Source: a virus | Taxonomy: Duplodnaviria; Caudoviricetes | Length of the DNA stretch: 64,000 nucleotides | Virus record (IMG/VR): IMGVR_UViG_3300025154_001556 | Direction: 5' to 3' (one strand) | Shown: piece after piece, positions 35,274 through 45,160 of the stretch | Layout: each line of letters starts with the position of its first letter | How positions within the stretch are numbered: the first letter of the stretch is position 1 | The notes under the pieces: generated by a model | Seen by the model: only the letters and a program-made list of their open reading frames with translations | Told to the model about the DNA's origin: nothing | The model's database searches: none | Position numbers and translations under genes: made by a program

Positions 35274-36011
35274 TTAAACCCCCAAAGAAATCCTAAAAAG
35301 CTGCGATATCACCGTGGTATCTTTTAAAATAATTTCCTTATTTTGCTGTTTAAACCATTCTGGAAATACTTTATTATACAGCTGGTAACACCAAACCGTT
35401 TTATCGTGCTCATACAGAACATTAGTAAAGTATTGTTGCCAATGTGAAAAAGGTATAGAACCAACTAATCCAAGTGATTGGGTTATGGCAGAATGTTTAC
35501 GCACCAATGGTGTGAGTATACGTGAGCCATTTTCCCCCCAACTTAATGTTTTTTTAGTATCGATAAGTGTATCTTGTTGTTCTATATACTCATTGATTAA
35601 TACACCGTTAGGTATGCTTGCCATTACACCTACTGATGCAAGGCCTTCATGCTGGGTTCTATATAAAAAATCTTTTCTATTTAATAAAGGTACAAGTTCA
35701 TCGGGAGAACGCATAACAATTGTATCAGCATCGAGCCATATACCGCCATACTTTTGTAAAAGTTTAGCTCTAATATAATCCGCTTTAATACTAATGTTCT
35801 CTCTGGGATTATTGGACACTTTTAATTTATTTAAATCTGTTCTTAATTCAGGTATTAAGTCGTGTATATTTAAGTTATCTACAAGTTTAAATACAAAGTT
35901 ATCTGTATTACAATATTTATCCATAGAATCAAAACATAATTCTAAGTATGATGGTGTTTTTAAGCCGGCGGGGTTTTCCCAATAAGTCCAAACAGTAATA
36001 GGAATTTGCAT
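35274..36011 (-). CDS. capsular polysaccharide synthesis-type glycosyltransferase (DxD)
   Basis: WTYW, ADYIRAKLLQKYGGIWLDAD. Confidence 0.85.
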   Translation of the reverse strand: MQIPITVWTYWENPAGLKTPSYLELCFDSMDKYCNTDNFVFKLVDNLNIHDLIPELRTDLNKLKVSNNPRENISIKADYIRAKLLQKYGGIWLDADTIVMRSPDELVPLLNRKDFLYRTQHEGLASVGVMASIPNGVLINEYIEQQDTLIDTKKTLSWGENGSRILTPLVRKHSAITQSLGLVGSIPFSHWQQYFTNVLYEHDKTVWCYQLYNKVFPEWFKQQNKEIILKDTTVISQLFRISLGV

Positions 36012-36623
36012 TTAAAGCCTCCATAAACCAAAAATCCGTTTAAACCCGGACTCTTCAATAAAAGTTAGTGGAGCTGATAAATTAAATGGATCTTTTTCTA
36101 AATTAATTTCTCTAAACCCATATTCAGATGTGTATAGTGATCGCTTGCTCGTAAATTTTTCAGAGGATGTCGGTGTATTGCTGATCACATTTCTATATGA
36201 GGTGGTCATTAAATAAGGTGAACCACTGGCTTTAAATAATTTTAAAGCTTTAATTACAGAAGCATCAGGTAAATGAAATAAACAATCTCTACAAATAATT
36301 AAATCAGTCCTAGGTAATGGCTGATTAACTAAATCAAATTCAATAAAAGAAACCTTAGGATATTTTGTTTTATTGACATCTAACATTTCTTTGTTTATAT
36401 CGTAACCTACATATGTAGCAGTACCTAAATCTACTAAGTTCATCCAAGCAAAATCCCCACAACCGGCGTCACTAATGCTTCTAATATTATAATTTTTTAG
36501 TTGGTCTCCGATAAATTCCCTAATTTTAGTAGTAACACTAACTGCAGATCCAATACCGCAAGGTAAATTAATCTTGCAATTATCTTTCCACAATGCCGTA
36601 GCTATTTTTTTATTTGCGTTCAT
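36012..36623 (-). CDS. class I SAM-dependent methyltransferase
   Basis: CGIGS, DAGCGDFAW and DLIICRDCLFHL. Confidence 0.85.
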   Translation of the reverse strand: MNANKKIATALWKDNCKINLPCGIGSAVSVTTKIREFIGDQLKNYNIRSISDAGCGDFAWMNLVDLGTATYVGYDINKEMLDVNKTKYPKVSFIEFDLVNQPLPRTDLIICRDCLFHLPDASVIKALKLFKASGSPYLMTTSYRNVISNTPTSSEKFTSKRSLYTSEYGFREINLEKDPFNLSAPLTFIEESGFKRIFGLWRL

Positions 36624-37171
36624 TTTACAATCTCCAATAGATTAACAAAATTATTAAATGTGGTTACTTTACCCCAAGCCTTCAAATCTTCTGTACTCCA
36701 ACCATAAACATGTTGTTCATAAGGGTTACCCGCAACACCACCACGTTTTTGAAATCTATTTAAAGTAGGGGTAGTTATAAAGGCATTCTTACATTTATCC
36801 CGGACCAGATTCATCATTTTAATGCCATCTTCTTTTTCAAAATGCTCTACAACATCGCAAAAAGTAATTAAATCATAGTTACCTAATGTAGGTAATATAT
36901 CAAGTGCATTGCCAATAAAAATTTTATTGTATATTTGTCTATGTATTTCAGTGATGTACTCTTCATATACTTCTATGCCATGTATAACAGTCTCAGGTTT
37001 TCTAAAACGATTGTTCCAAATATCTGTGTATTCTCTGGCTAAGAAACCATATTTTCCAAACCCAATCCCTATGTCTAATACGGTTTTTGGTTGTAAGTCG
37101 ATGATTCTGGAAGCTATGTGTGCTATGGGGTAGGGTCTCGATGTTGGCATGTTATGCTCCTTTATTTTCAT
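36620..37171 (-). CDS. class I SAM-dependent methyltransferase
   Basis: VLDIGIGFGKYG and YDLITFCDVVEH. Confidence 0.85.
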   Translation of the reverse strand: MKIKEHNMPTSRPYPIAHIASRIIDLQPKTVLDIGIGFGKYGFLAREYTDIWNNRFRKPETVIHGIEVYEEYITEIHRQIYNKIFIGNALDILPTLGNYDLITFCDVVEHFEKEDGIKMMNLVRDKCKNAFITTPTLNRFQKRGGVAGNPYEQHVYGWSTEDLKAWGKVTTFNNFVNLLEIVK

Positions 37172-37796
37172 TTATTTGGGTATTAATAACTCTATTGGAC
37201 AAAGGTATATTTAAAAAAGTTAATAACTTAGATTGTGTGGTTTCATCATTCAATACTTCTTCCGTATTAAATAACATAAAATTGTCTTTAAACGCTGCAG
37301 CATATTCTGCTGCTAAATTATAATAGTCGTCCCAATATTGTTCTATTGCATCTATTTTTGGTAGATTATATTTTGGATAACAATTATCATAAATTGGATC
37401 AAGGCGCCACAAGTTACTGTCCCAATAAATACTATCCCTAGCTGTCCAATGGTTTCGTTCTTTTAGCCCTGTTTTAGTGTTAGCAGCGGTCTTTTTAATA
37501 TAGCTAGCAACAGTGTCTTTTTTAGTTCGTTTAAGACAAATAAATTTTGAGTTTGGGAATTTATCCAATATGTATATAACATAAGGTAAATGCCAAAAAG
37601 ATACATCACATGACGAAAAGCCCCAGGGCCTATTTTGCATATACGCAATGGTTTTATCTATGTGTCCTTTGCTAAACTGCCATGGAGTTATTACTAACTC
37701 ATGAGTTGAAGTAAAGTCGTTCTGCAGACCTAACAATTCTTTAAGAGATACAGTACCGCATCTACCTGTACCAAGACCAAAAATAAGTTGTTTCAT
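37152..37796 (-). CDS. sulfotransferase-family protein
   Basis: GLGTGRCGTVSL and KFICLKR..KDTVAS. Confidence 0.72.
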   Translation of the reverse strand: MKQLIFGLGTGRCGTVSLKELLGLQNDFTSTHELVITPWQFSKGHIDKTIAYMQNRPWGFSSCDVSFWHLPYVIYILDKFPNSKFICLKRTKKDTVASYIKKTAANTKTGLKERNHWTARDSIYWDSNLWRLDPIYDNCYPKYNLPKIDAIEQYWDDYYNLAAEYAAAFKDNFMLFNTEEVLNDETTQSKLLTFLNIPLSNRVINTQINENKGA

Positions 37797-38569
37797 TAAA
37801 GCACCTCATAGTATTTTTTGTATTTTTCTATGACCCCTTCATTTATTACACGTTGGGTCCAACCTCTATGTGGGGCCTCAGCCAAAGCGTCCATAGTAAC
37901 ACCTATATCAATTAAACTTTTGTTTCTTATATTATGATCTTTCCATAAGCGTTTGGCTAATACACGTGTAGCCATACCTATTACAGGAAGAATTATATCA
38001 CAAGTTTGTAGTTTGTCAAGTATTTCTTCCATTTTACGATCTAAGGCATAATAAGCATTGTCCACCCCTGTAAAAGATACTGTGTGTTTAATATTAAACA
38101 TCTTTTCTATAAGGTTACTATTACACAAAGGTTCGCCGGCTACCAATAATACTTTTTTATCATAGAACATAGTATCAATAAATTTTACAAACCACTCTAA
38201 TTTATGTTCAAAAGCATATTGAAATATTAACGCATGATAACCTTCGTCTGGGTTACCTCGTAGTAACTTCCAAATATGTCTAAGCTGCCCATCCAGAATT
38301 TGCTGCTGTACTCTATTTTTTATCCAAAAATAACTACCGCTCCCATCTTCAAAGGAACCGGCAGTACTAGCTACTACATAATTTAGATCGAATATTTGTA
38401 AAGCTTCCCTTAATTCCTGTCGTAGTTTAACACTATTTCTATGCCTTTGTTCATTAGGTGCTCCTTGTATAAGAGTTAAATCTCCATCACCAAACCTTAC
38501 AAAGTAAAATGGGGAACCCCCATTTATCAATGTGTCTAAATGATTACTTGTTTGTTCTATTGTTTTCAA
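37796..38569 (-). CDS. GT-D fold (DUF1792-like) glycosyltransferase
   Basis: YFVRFGDGD, GMATRVLA and IDIG..MD. Confidence 0.72.
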   Translation of the reverse strand: MKTIEQTSNHLDTLINGGSPFYFVRFGDGDLTLIQGAPNEQRHRNSVKLRQELREALQIFDLNYVVASTAGSFEDGSGSYFWIKNRVQQQILDGQLRHIWKLLRGNPDEGYHALIFQYAFEHKLEWFVKFIDTMFYDKKVLLVAGEPLCNSNLIEKMFNIKHTVSFTGVDNAYYALDRKMEEILDKLQTCDIILPVIGMATRVLAKRLWKDHNIRNKSLIDIGVTMDALAEAPHRGWTQRVINEGVIEKYKKYYEVL

Positions 38570-38581
38570 TTAAATTACTCC

Positions 38582-39472
38582 TTATATTAAGGTAAGTTCC
38601 CCAGACCAAGCGTCTAATTGCGATGCAAAATCTACATAATCTTTATAGTTAGGATCTAATTGCATCATTTTGGCTGCGTTTAATGCAGTATCTCTCAAAG
38701 CCTCGACACGATCTGCGAACTCCGGGTGCTTAAAAGGTAGTTTACCAATCCTGTTTTGACCATAAAATCCTATGTGTATTTGTCTGTCGCACATAGGAGA
38801 ATAAGATCTTAAACCTTCTTCAATAAAAGCAGTATCTATTAGTCTATTAACAAGACCGTCCCAACCAATATGCTGAAATAAATTTTTACGCTCCGCCCTG
38901 TATTTAGATCTTTTGTCATCCCCATTGCGTTTATTAACCAAATGGATGATGGTCTCTCTATTAGTATAATAATCATATGTGGCATAAGGCCTTACATACT
39001 TATTAAAAAAATATCCGTTCATTAAACAGGCCGGCGCTTCAAATAGGTTTGTAGCTTGCACACCAGTTATACTTGTATTAGGCACTAATCTACGACTAGC
39101 ATTAATAACAGAAAATTTATTACCCTTTAATAAGTTTAATGCTGTATTCATATATGTAAAGTAAGTTTCATGCAGCAAACAATCATCTTCTATGTTTAAT
39201 ACATAATCTGCGCCTTCAAAAAAAGCCTGCTTAAACCCTTCTAAAATATTACCCCAACCAAAATGCCTAAATGATCTTGTAACAACTGTTTTTTCAAAAG
39301 GATAATAATCTTGAATTAGCTCAACACATTTAGGATCAGCGTTGTGTTCTAATGCAAATAAAGTACTATAATTGTCTGTACTTAGTTGCTTACGTGCTTT
39401 TATTTCATACTCCATAGACAGATAAAGCATCTCTGGTCTATTATATACAGCCCTTAATATACACCCATTCAT
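38582..39472 (-). CDS. GT-A fold glycosyltransferase
   Basis: RAVYNRPEML and IEDD. Confidence 0.65.
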   Translation of the reverse strand: MNGCILRAVYNRPEMLYLSMEYEIKARKQLSTDNYSTLFALEHNADPKCVELIQDYYPFEKTVVTRSFRHFGWGNILEGFKQAFFEGADYVLNIEDDCLLHETYFTYMNTALNLLKGNKFSVINASRRLVPNTSITGVQATNLFEAPACLMNGYFFNKYVRPYATYDYYTNRETIIHLVNKRNGDDKRSKYRAERKNLFQHIGWDGLVNRLIDTAFIEEGLRSYSPMCDRQIHIGFYGQNRIGKLPFKHPEFADRVEALRDTALNAAKMMQLDPNYKDYVDFASQLDAWSGELTLI

Positions 39473-39481
39473 CTACTTACC

Positions 39482-39964
39482 TCATTTTTTATATACTTCC
39501 AATATAAAATTAGATCCTTCAAAGCTATGATTTGAAGGTATTAAATTAGCAGCTATACATAAATTAGATAGCCATTTGACATCAAACATAACAAAGTGAA
39601 AGTTACCTGGGTAATCTTGTCCACCAAACATATGGTAAGAAACAAACTTAGCATCACCTGTTTGTCTATAATATTCCACAGCCCATTGCATATTTGGTGT
39701 ACGAATTTCCATTACACCGCCATGCTTTAATAATCTGGCCCATTCTTTAAGTAGACCAATAGTTTTGCTTATTGGGAAATGTTCTATTATATCGCTCGCA
39801 AGTATATAATCAAACTGCTCATTGGGCAGGTCTACTGCCTCAACATTACCTACTATATCAACACCTTCTAAGGGGCGTATATCTAAGTTTACACACGTAT
39901 ACCCTTTGGGATATTCTTTATATATGCGGTTGCCACAACCAATGTTTAAAGTTTTTTTAGTCAT
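39482..39964 (-). CDS. SAM-dependent methyltransferase (type 11)
   Basis: LNIGCG and DIIEHF. Confidence 0.85.
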   Translation of the reverse strand: MTKKTLNIGCGNRIYKEYPKGYTCVNLDIRPLEGVDIVGNVEAVDLPNEQFDYILASDIIEHFPISKTIGLLKEWARLLKHGGVMEIRTPNMQWAVEYYRQTGDAKFVSYHMFGGQDYPGNFHFVMFDVKWLSNLCIAANLIPSNHSFEGSNFILEVYKK

Positions 39965-39970
39965 AATATA

Positions 39971-41089
39971 TTATTTTAATTCAAGTTCTTTAAGTAATTT
40001 TGTACCAATGGTGGTTAAAGAAAAATTAGTATTTATATACTGCTTTAATCTTTGCCCTGTTGTTTTGGCGGCCTCTTTATTGTCATAAACAAACTTCATT
40101 AAGTCAGCGCCATTTTTCACATCAGGCTCTGCCCAAAGTTGATCACCTCTATACCATGGACTCCATGGCATACCATAAACGGGTGTTAGTGTGTAATTTA
40201 CTAAATAGCTATTATCTTGTTTGGCATATTCTGTCACGCCGCCAAACCCTGTAACTACTATGGGATTACCAAAAGCTCCGGCCATAAAAGGCCCAATACC
40301 AAAACCCTCACCGCGGTCTAATGAGGCGTAACAATCACCTCTTTTATGTAATCCATTAACTTCATCTTCTGTTAGCATGTCTGGTAATAAATAAATGGGT
40401 GGATATTTGTCCATAGGAGTAATAGCTTTTAGTTTTCTTATGGTAATTCTTATGGCATCTTTTTCTTCCTCGCTGTAATCACTACGATAAGTTTTTAATA
40501 CAAGAGCCACATCTTCATTATTCTGAAACGCATGCCAGTATGCCTTTATTAATGCTGTCGGATGTTTTCTTTCAGTCCATTGAAATATAGCATAAAACAT
40601 ATAGGTATCTTTGGATACTCCTTTTACATCAAAAGGAGTAGATGTGGCTACATGACTTAAATCCATACAATGAGGCACTACACCAATAGGGATTGTAACA
40701 CCACTGTGTTTAAACACCTCTTTGTTCCATTCACAACCAACTAAAACTTTATCAACAGTACTATTAATGTAGCTCTTCCAGTCTGGATGCAATAGATCTG
40801 TTTCCCATATAGTGTAACCAACATTTTTCTTGTCTTTTTCTCTGTATCTAGACCAGAATTCAGGTGTCGTGTGTATAATTACTGTATCGTAGTCCACCTT
40901 AGCATCCATTAACTTTGTTAAAAGAACCCCATCAGCACCTAAGTCTGGTTTTGACTTTTCAAAAGAAATTGGATCTAACGTTATAGGTACACCAAGTGAA
41001 TGGAGTGCCAGAATATTACCACGACAGGCTTTTGCATAACCTGAATTGTCTAGAATTGGCCCTATATATTTTATACCTTTAATTGTCAT
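39971..41089 (-). CDS. GT-B (GT4-like) glycosyltransferase
   Basis: SGY, WET, RKHP and RGEGFGIGPFMA. Confidence 0.88.
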   Translation of the reverse strand: MTIKGIKYIGPILDNSGYAKACRGNILALHSLGVPITLDPISFEKSKPDLGADGVLLTKLMDAKVDYDTVIIHTTPEFWSRYREKDKKNVGYTIWETDLLHPDWKSYINSTVDKVLVGCEWNKEVFKHSGVTIPIGVVPHCMDLSHVATSTPFDVKGVSKDTYMFYAIFQWTERKHPTALIKAYWHAFQNNEDVALVLKTYRSDYSEEEKDAIRITIRKLKAITPMDKYPPIYLLPDMLTEDEVNGLHKRGDCYASLDRGEGFGIGPFMAGAFGNPIVVTGFGGVTEYAKQDNSYLVNYTLTPVYGMPWSPWYRGDQLWAEPDVKNGADLMKFVYDNKEAAKTTGQRLKQYINTNFSLTTIGTKLLKELELK

Positions 41090-41169
41090 TTCTAAACCTT
41101 ATAGAAAAGTGCCTAATCCTGGTAGACACTATTAAATACAATATGATTCCAGGAAACCTGTTTTTATAC

Positions 41170-41433
41170 TTACATTTGTGGACCAGAGGGCATAGGACCA
41201 CTAGCGCTATCGGGACTAACATCAAAGGATACTCTTGCAGTCTCTGATTTAACCAAACGACTCTCATCCAGCCATGTCCAGTCAGGGATACTTCCATCCG
41301 TGTTTATTCTCTGTGGCTGCAGTCCATAATGAATACAACCAGTAGAATAGAAGGCTACAACCATTGCAACACCATCTAAACCTGTTACTTTGTCTTTTAA
41401 TAAATCACCGTTAGTAAACTTAGCTTCTCTCAT
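41170..41433 (-). CDS. hypothetical protein
   Basis: ORF track; SD GGAG. Confidence 0.65.
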   Translation of the reverse strand: MREAKFTNGDLLKDKVTGLDGVAMVVAFYSTGCIHYGLQPQRINTDGSIPDWTWLDESRLVKSETARVSFDVSPDSASGPMPSGPQM

Positions 41434-41487
41434 AATAATGCTCCTGTAAATCTAATTGTTAATGTTTTACATACAACTCTGATTATT

Positions 41488-41763
41488 TTACTTCCATGTG
41501 TCTTCTTTTATATCCTCTTTCCAAAGATGATAAGTAAGGGGTGTTCTATTTTCTCGGGCAGAATAATGGTTATATTCATCTTTGGTGTCCTTTATGAATT
41601 GTAAATACGCGTGATATTTACAACAAGCAAAACACCTATACTCACTTTCTAAAATTGTCCATGCGCCTATTGATGTTAAGTAGATAACAACATATGGGCG
41701 TACAAAATATGTCTTAGTGTTAGTAAAAAGCTTATTAAATAATTTAATAATTTTATCAAACAT
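41488..41763 (-). CDS. hypothetical protein
   Basis: ORF track. Confidence 0.5.
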   Translation of the reverse strand: MFDKIIKLFNKLFTNTKTYFVRPYVVIYLTSIGAWTILESEYRCFACCKYHAYLQFIKDTKDEYNHYSARENRTPLTYHLWKEDIKEDTWK

Positions 41764-41796
41764 AATAATCCCCCATTTAAATACTGCTATAATATA

Positions 41797-42048
41797 TTAT
41801 AGTGCTAAGCGGACGGTGGTTATATCTAACAAAATTTCACCATCGGAACCGCTGGTTTGTAATTCTTCACCAGTAACTTTGTATATTATAGCAAAATAAT
41901 TGCACAAAGTCAATATCTCTTTTGAAACAGATAACCCAATCTCCACTTTACCTGTTAAATGATTTATAGATGGCTTTATATTACCTGAGGCTATTATGTT
42001 TGGCTCGTGTGGATTATTAGTTCCACGATAGTATGTTTCAAACATCAT
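41797..42048 (-). CDS. hypothetical protein
   Basis: ORF track. Confidence 0.5.
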   Translation of the reverse strand: MMFETYYRGTNNPHEPNIIASGNIKPSINHLTGKVEIGLSVSKEILTLCNYFAIIYKVTGEELQTSGSDGEILLDITTVRLAL

Positions 42049-42062
42049 TGTATCTCGTTGAC

Positions 42063-42239
42063 TTAATACATACAGTAACAGCTCATATAAGAGTAGTTGT
42101 GCCTTTTAACAACAGATTTAGGTTTAGGACGATCGTAGATGCGTTCTTTCCAATGATCTTCATCACCACAAACAGGACAAACTGCATGATGAAATAGATA
42201 CCAATAAAGTCTATTTTGCTTTTTTTTACTATTCTTCAT
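42063..42239 (-). CDS. small Zn-ribbon protein (CPVC)
   Basis: Likely start is MKNSKK, overlapping the thyX end. Confidence 0.5.
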   Translation of the reverse strand: MKNSKKKQNRLYWYLFHHAVCPVCGDEDHWKERIYDRPKPKSVVKRHNYSYMSCYCMY

Positions 42240-43023
42240 CTTGTTTCTCCAAAGAAGTTTTCCACATAGTGTAACCAGCGAGGACCTCCTCTTTGGTGGG
42301 GTATTTACCACAACTACGTGCTTTATTTTCTGAACAGTAGCCGGCTTGTTGACATTTAGGACCAACATTTTTAAAAACTACTGGTAGTGCTTCCTTACAT
42401 AAAGCCAGCATCTCATTGGCTACATTACGAATTTCCCATTGCGCTAATGTACAGCAGCGTAAACCGAAAAAATGTATTAAGCTCACACAATTTTTAGTTG
42501 TCACTAATCTTGTGATAGCAGCATTAGGCATAAGGTAACGCGCATCCTCACTCTTGATGCTCAATTCTTTGAGTTCATTATATGCTTGCTGTATATACTC
42601 CAAGGCATCGATATAAATTTGCTTAGCAACAGCATGCTTATTTATAGAGGGTGGAATGACAAAATTATTGATATCAAACTCTCCACCATTAGCCACATAC
42701 CGTTGGGACTGCTGGGAATAGCTAGCCATGCGGTGACGTACATGTTGATGGCTATCCGCGCGGGATATACCGTCAATAGCAAATGTAAATTTTACATGTT
42801 CGAGAACACTTGTGTGACCTGATTTAAATAAGTGGTTTATCAACCCCTCTATTTCTTTGTCCGTACACAAATGACCATCTTTGTTATCTGTAATAGACAC
42901 AAAGCCGTCCTCGTCTTCTTGCCAGGAGTCTCCTACCCATCCTTCGGAGTAACACTGTCTACCGGCAGCAAATAGTAATTTCTCAGCATTAGCTGAAACA
43001 TCTAGTAGTTTAACTCTTAACAT
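42229..43023 (-). CDS. thyX: flavin-dependent thymidylate synthase
   Basis: GHTSVLEH and RHRMASYSQQSQRY. Confidence 0.93.
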   Translation of the reverse strand: MLRVKLLDVSANAEKLLFAAGRQCYSEGWVGDSWQEDEDGFVSITDNKDGHLCTDKEIEGLINHLFKSGHTSVLEHVKFTFAIDGISRADSHQHVRHRMASYSQQSQRYVANGGEFDINNFVIPPSINKHAVAKQIYIDALEYIQQAYNELKELSIKSEDARYLMPNAAITRLVTTKNCVSLIHFFGLRCCTLAQWEIRNVANEMLALCKEALPVVFKNVGPKCQQAGYCSENKARSCGKYPTKEEVLAGYTMWKTSLEKQDEE

Positions 43024-43033
43024 AGTGTCACCT

Positions 43034-43195
43034 CTATCCACCAAAACCACAGAATGGGCAAAATTTTAAACTTTTAGAATATAGTCTTTTACAAAGATCA
43101 CACGCGTACTCTACGGTTGTGTTGCTATATGCTTCTTCTATTTCTTTTTCATCAATTTGTACTTGCTCCGGTTTAAGTATAAGCATTTCTTCCAT
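43034..43195 (-). CDS. small Zn-ribbon protein (CDLC...CPFC)
   Basis: ORF track; start is probably MEEM. Confidence 0.55.
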   Translation of the reverse strand: MEEMLILKPEQVQIDEKEIEEAYSNTTVEYACDLCKRLYSKSLKFCPFCGFGG

Positions 43196-43220
43196 TTTAC
43201 TATCCTTATAGCTAAGCAGC

Positions 43221-43244
43221 AAAAAGGGGACTAAGCCCCTCTTT
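43221..43244 (-). terminator. rho-independent terminator
   Basis: AGAGGGG-CTTAGT-CCCCT followed by TTTT. Confidence 0.65.
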
Positions 43245-43248
43245 GTTA

Positions 43249-44799
43249 TTAAAAAGTTTCTGAGTTTATGACGTTGGTGGTCTGTGTTGCTAACATTTCT
43301 GCCACTTTACTTTTTTGTTCAAGCATTGATTTAGATACAGCGTCAAAAGTTTTAACCCAAGTATTACCAACTGCTGTTTGCCAATCTAGGGTACCTGTAA
43401 CAAATTTATACGCCTGCTCGGCCTTAGTCATGGCCTCTTCATAATTATTATACACATGTAGCATCTTGTCGATTAGATCTTCTACATCAACTAATGGGCG
43501 TCTTACTTCGTTGTCATAAGGAAGTACTGTCCATAGACTGGGGTTAGTACCGCTTTTTACAAGGTAGCCCACATCCTCAGTAATATTTTCTATCATTGCT
43601 GTGTTTCTGGGCATAATAACGGGTGTTTTAGCGGCCATTGCTTCTATCCATGAAAGCCCCCACCCTTCACCAAGACTTGCGCTAACAACGCAATCAACAC
43701 AGTTATACAGCATATTAACTATTTCTCTCGGATAGCCTTGATTAGGCCCAAAATTTTGAGGAAATATGACGTCATCGGTTAAACTAAAATCATACGCTCT
43801 ACATACTTCTGGCAGATTCCATCCCTGATCTTGTTTAGCCATATGCAGATATAATAAAGTATTTGGTTCTTTTTTACGTAACTCATGGAATGCTTGGATA
43901 GTCCTAGGAATATCCTTACGTTGCTGATTTCTATTTAGGTTCATGTAAATAAATTTATCAGCATGACGACCAAAGTAACGTTTTCTAAAATCAGCTACTT
44001 CATCCTTAGGTAATGGTTTGTATTCATTGATATTAACCCCATGAGGAATTACAGACATATCACCCACAATTGGGTATGTTTCCTGACATAGCTTTCTACC
44101 AAAGTTAGCGAAAGTAATTACTTCATCACAGAAACTAACATTTTTTATCCACTCTGGCTTAGGTGTACCATCAATGGGAAAATACACCACGGATTTAAAC
44201 GGCGTCTCCCTATTCTTTTTAAGATGTGGAATCAACTCAGGTAAAAAATCCAAAATAAAACTGTCCTGCATAAAAAATAGAATATCAAAATCCATTTTAG
44301 GAATCATATTAACTATCTTTTTACGACCGTAGGGATCTCTTTCCGCATTATTACCTACCGGCCAAATCTTATATGGAAAATCATGTGGATCTCCCCAGTA
44401 ATTTATACCCAACACTTCGATGTCATATCTACCCGTTTTATACAACGCTTCTAAAACATTACGGCTGACTGTTGCAAAACCTGTTGCCAAATATCTTCAT
44501 ATAAGAACGCTACTTCTTATACCGCTTCTTGGGCTGCTGCATGTTTCCATGCAAGTTGAGACTATATCATCATCCACTTGGGATGCTACGTGCTTCCACC
44601 CGCTTGGGTGTACTTCCTTATATGGAATAGTCGTTGCACCTTCCTCTATAAAGAGGCTTGGCTCAGGATTGTCCTCGACTTGACGTTAGGAGTTCCCCTG
44701 AATTCTCGTAGTTATTCGGTACATATTGCTATGTAAAGCTGCACATTATTTACAGGAGGGGGTGTCCATATAACATAAAATTTTAATCTTTTTTCCCAT
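43249..44799 (-). CDS. intron-split GT4-like glycosyltransferase, 428 aa, join(44752..44799,43249..44487)
   Basis: Spliced N-terminus MGKKIKILCYMDTPSC/ATGFATVSRNV; RNQQRK and GEGWGL motifs; SD AAGGAG before the exon 1 ATG. Confidence 0.88.
44488..44751 (-). mobile_element. group I intron (264 nt) without an ORF
   Basis: P1 CTGT|A with TGCAG (U-G at the splice site); P3 CTACG/CGTAG; core GAATTCAGGGGAA, AATCCTGAGCC, GGTGCAACGACTA, GATATAGTC; P9 TGCATG-GAAA-CATGCA; terminal G. Confidence 0.9.
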
Positions 44800-44808
44800 A
44801 GAAACTCC

Positions 44809-45160
44809 TTAATTGTTTAGTAATCTTCCACGATTACGCATTAAAATTGAATACCAGTTCTCGTGCCAAATTCTATCAGTATTAGCACGAGAATTACAAC
44901 TTCTACATAGAGTTATTAAATTAATAGGTCTGCAATCCTCCTTGTCATAATTTATATGATGGATAGTTAACTCCTTAGTTATACCAAAACAGTAAGGATT
45001 TCTACAAACGTTATTATCTCTATATTTTATCGATTCTTTATAAATCTTATCTTTCCAGGCACCACAATTTAGTGCTTGCGTTTATATAAATGTCATCAAT
45101 AAGTGTGTAACCATACTTTTCAAACTGTGCTTTTATAAAGTCAATTGTATGTCTTTTCAT
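44809..45160 (-). pseudogene. HNH homing endonuclease remnant (internal deletion or frameshift)
   Basis: The frame from ATG 45160 (MKRHTIDFIKAQFEKYGYTLIDDIYINASTKLWCLER) stops early. Another frame with no start encodes CGAWKDKIYKESIKYRDNNVCRNPYC...TIHHINYDK...NLITLCRSCNS. Confidence 0.8.

Noticed and set aside
34103-41089. Host-derived capsule locus or contamination
   Set aside because: The genes share strand and tight coupling with the flanking phage genes, and no export or polymerase genes are present. Read-level confirmation is still needed.
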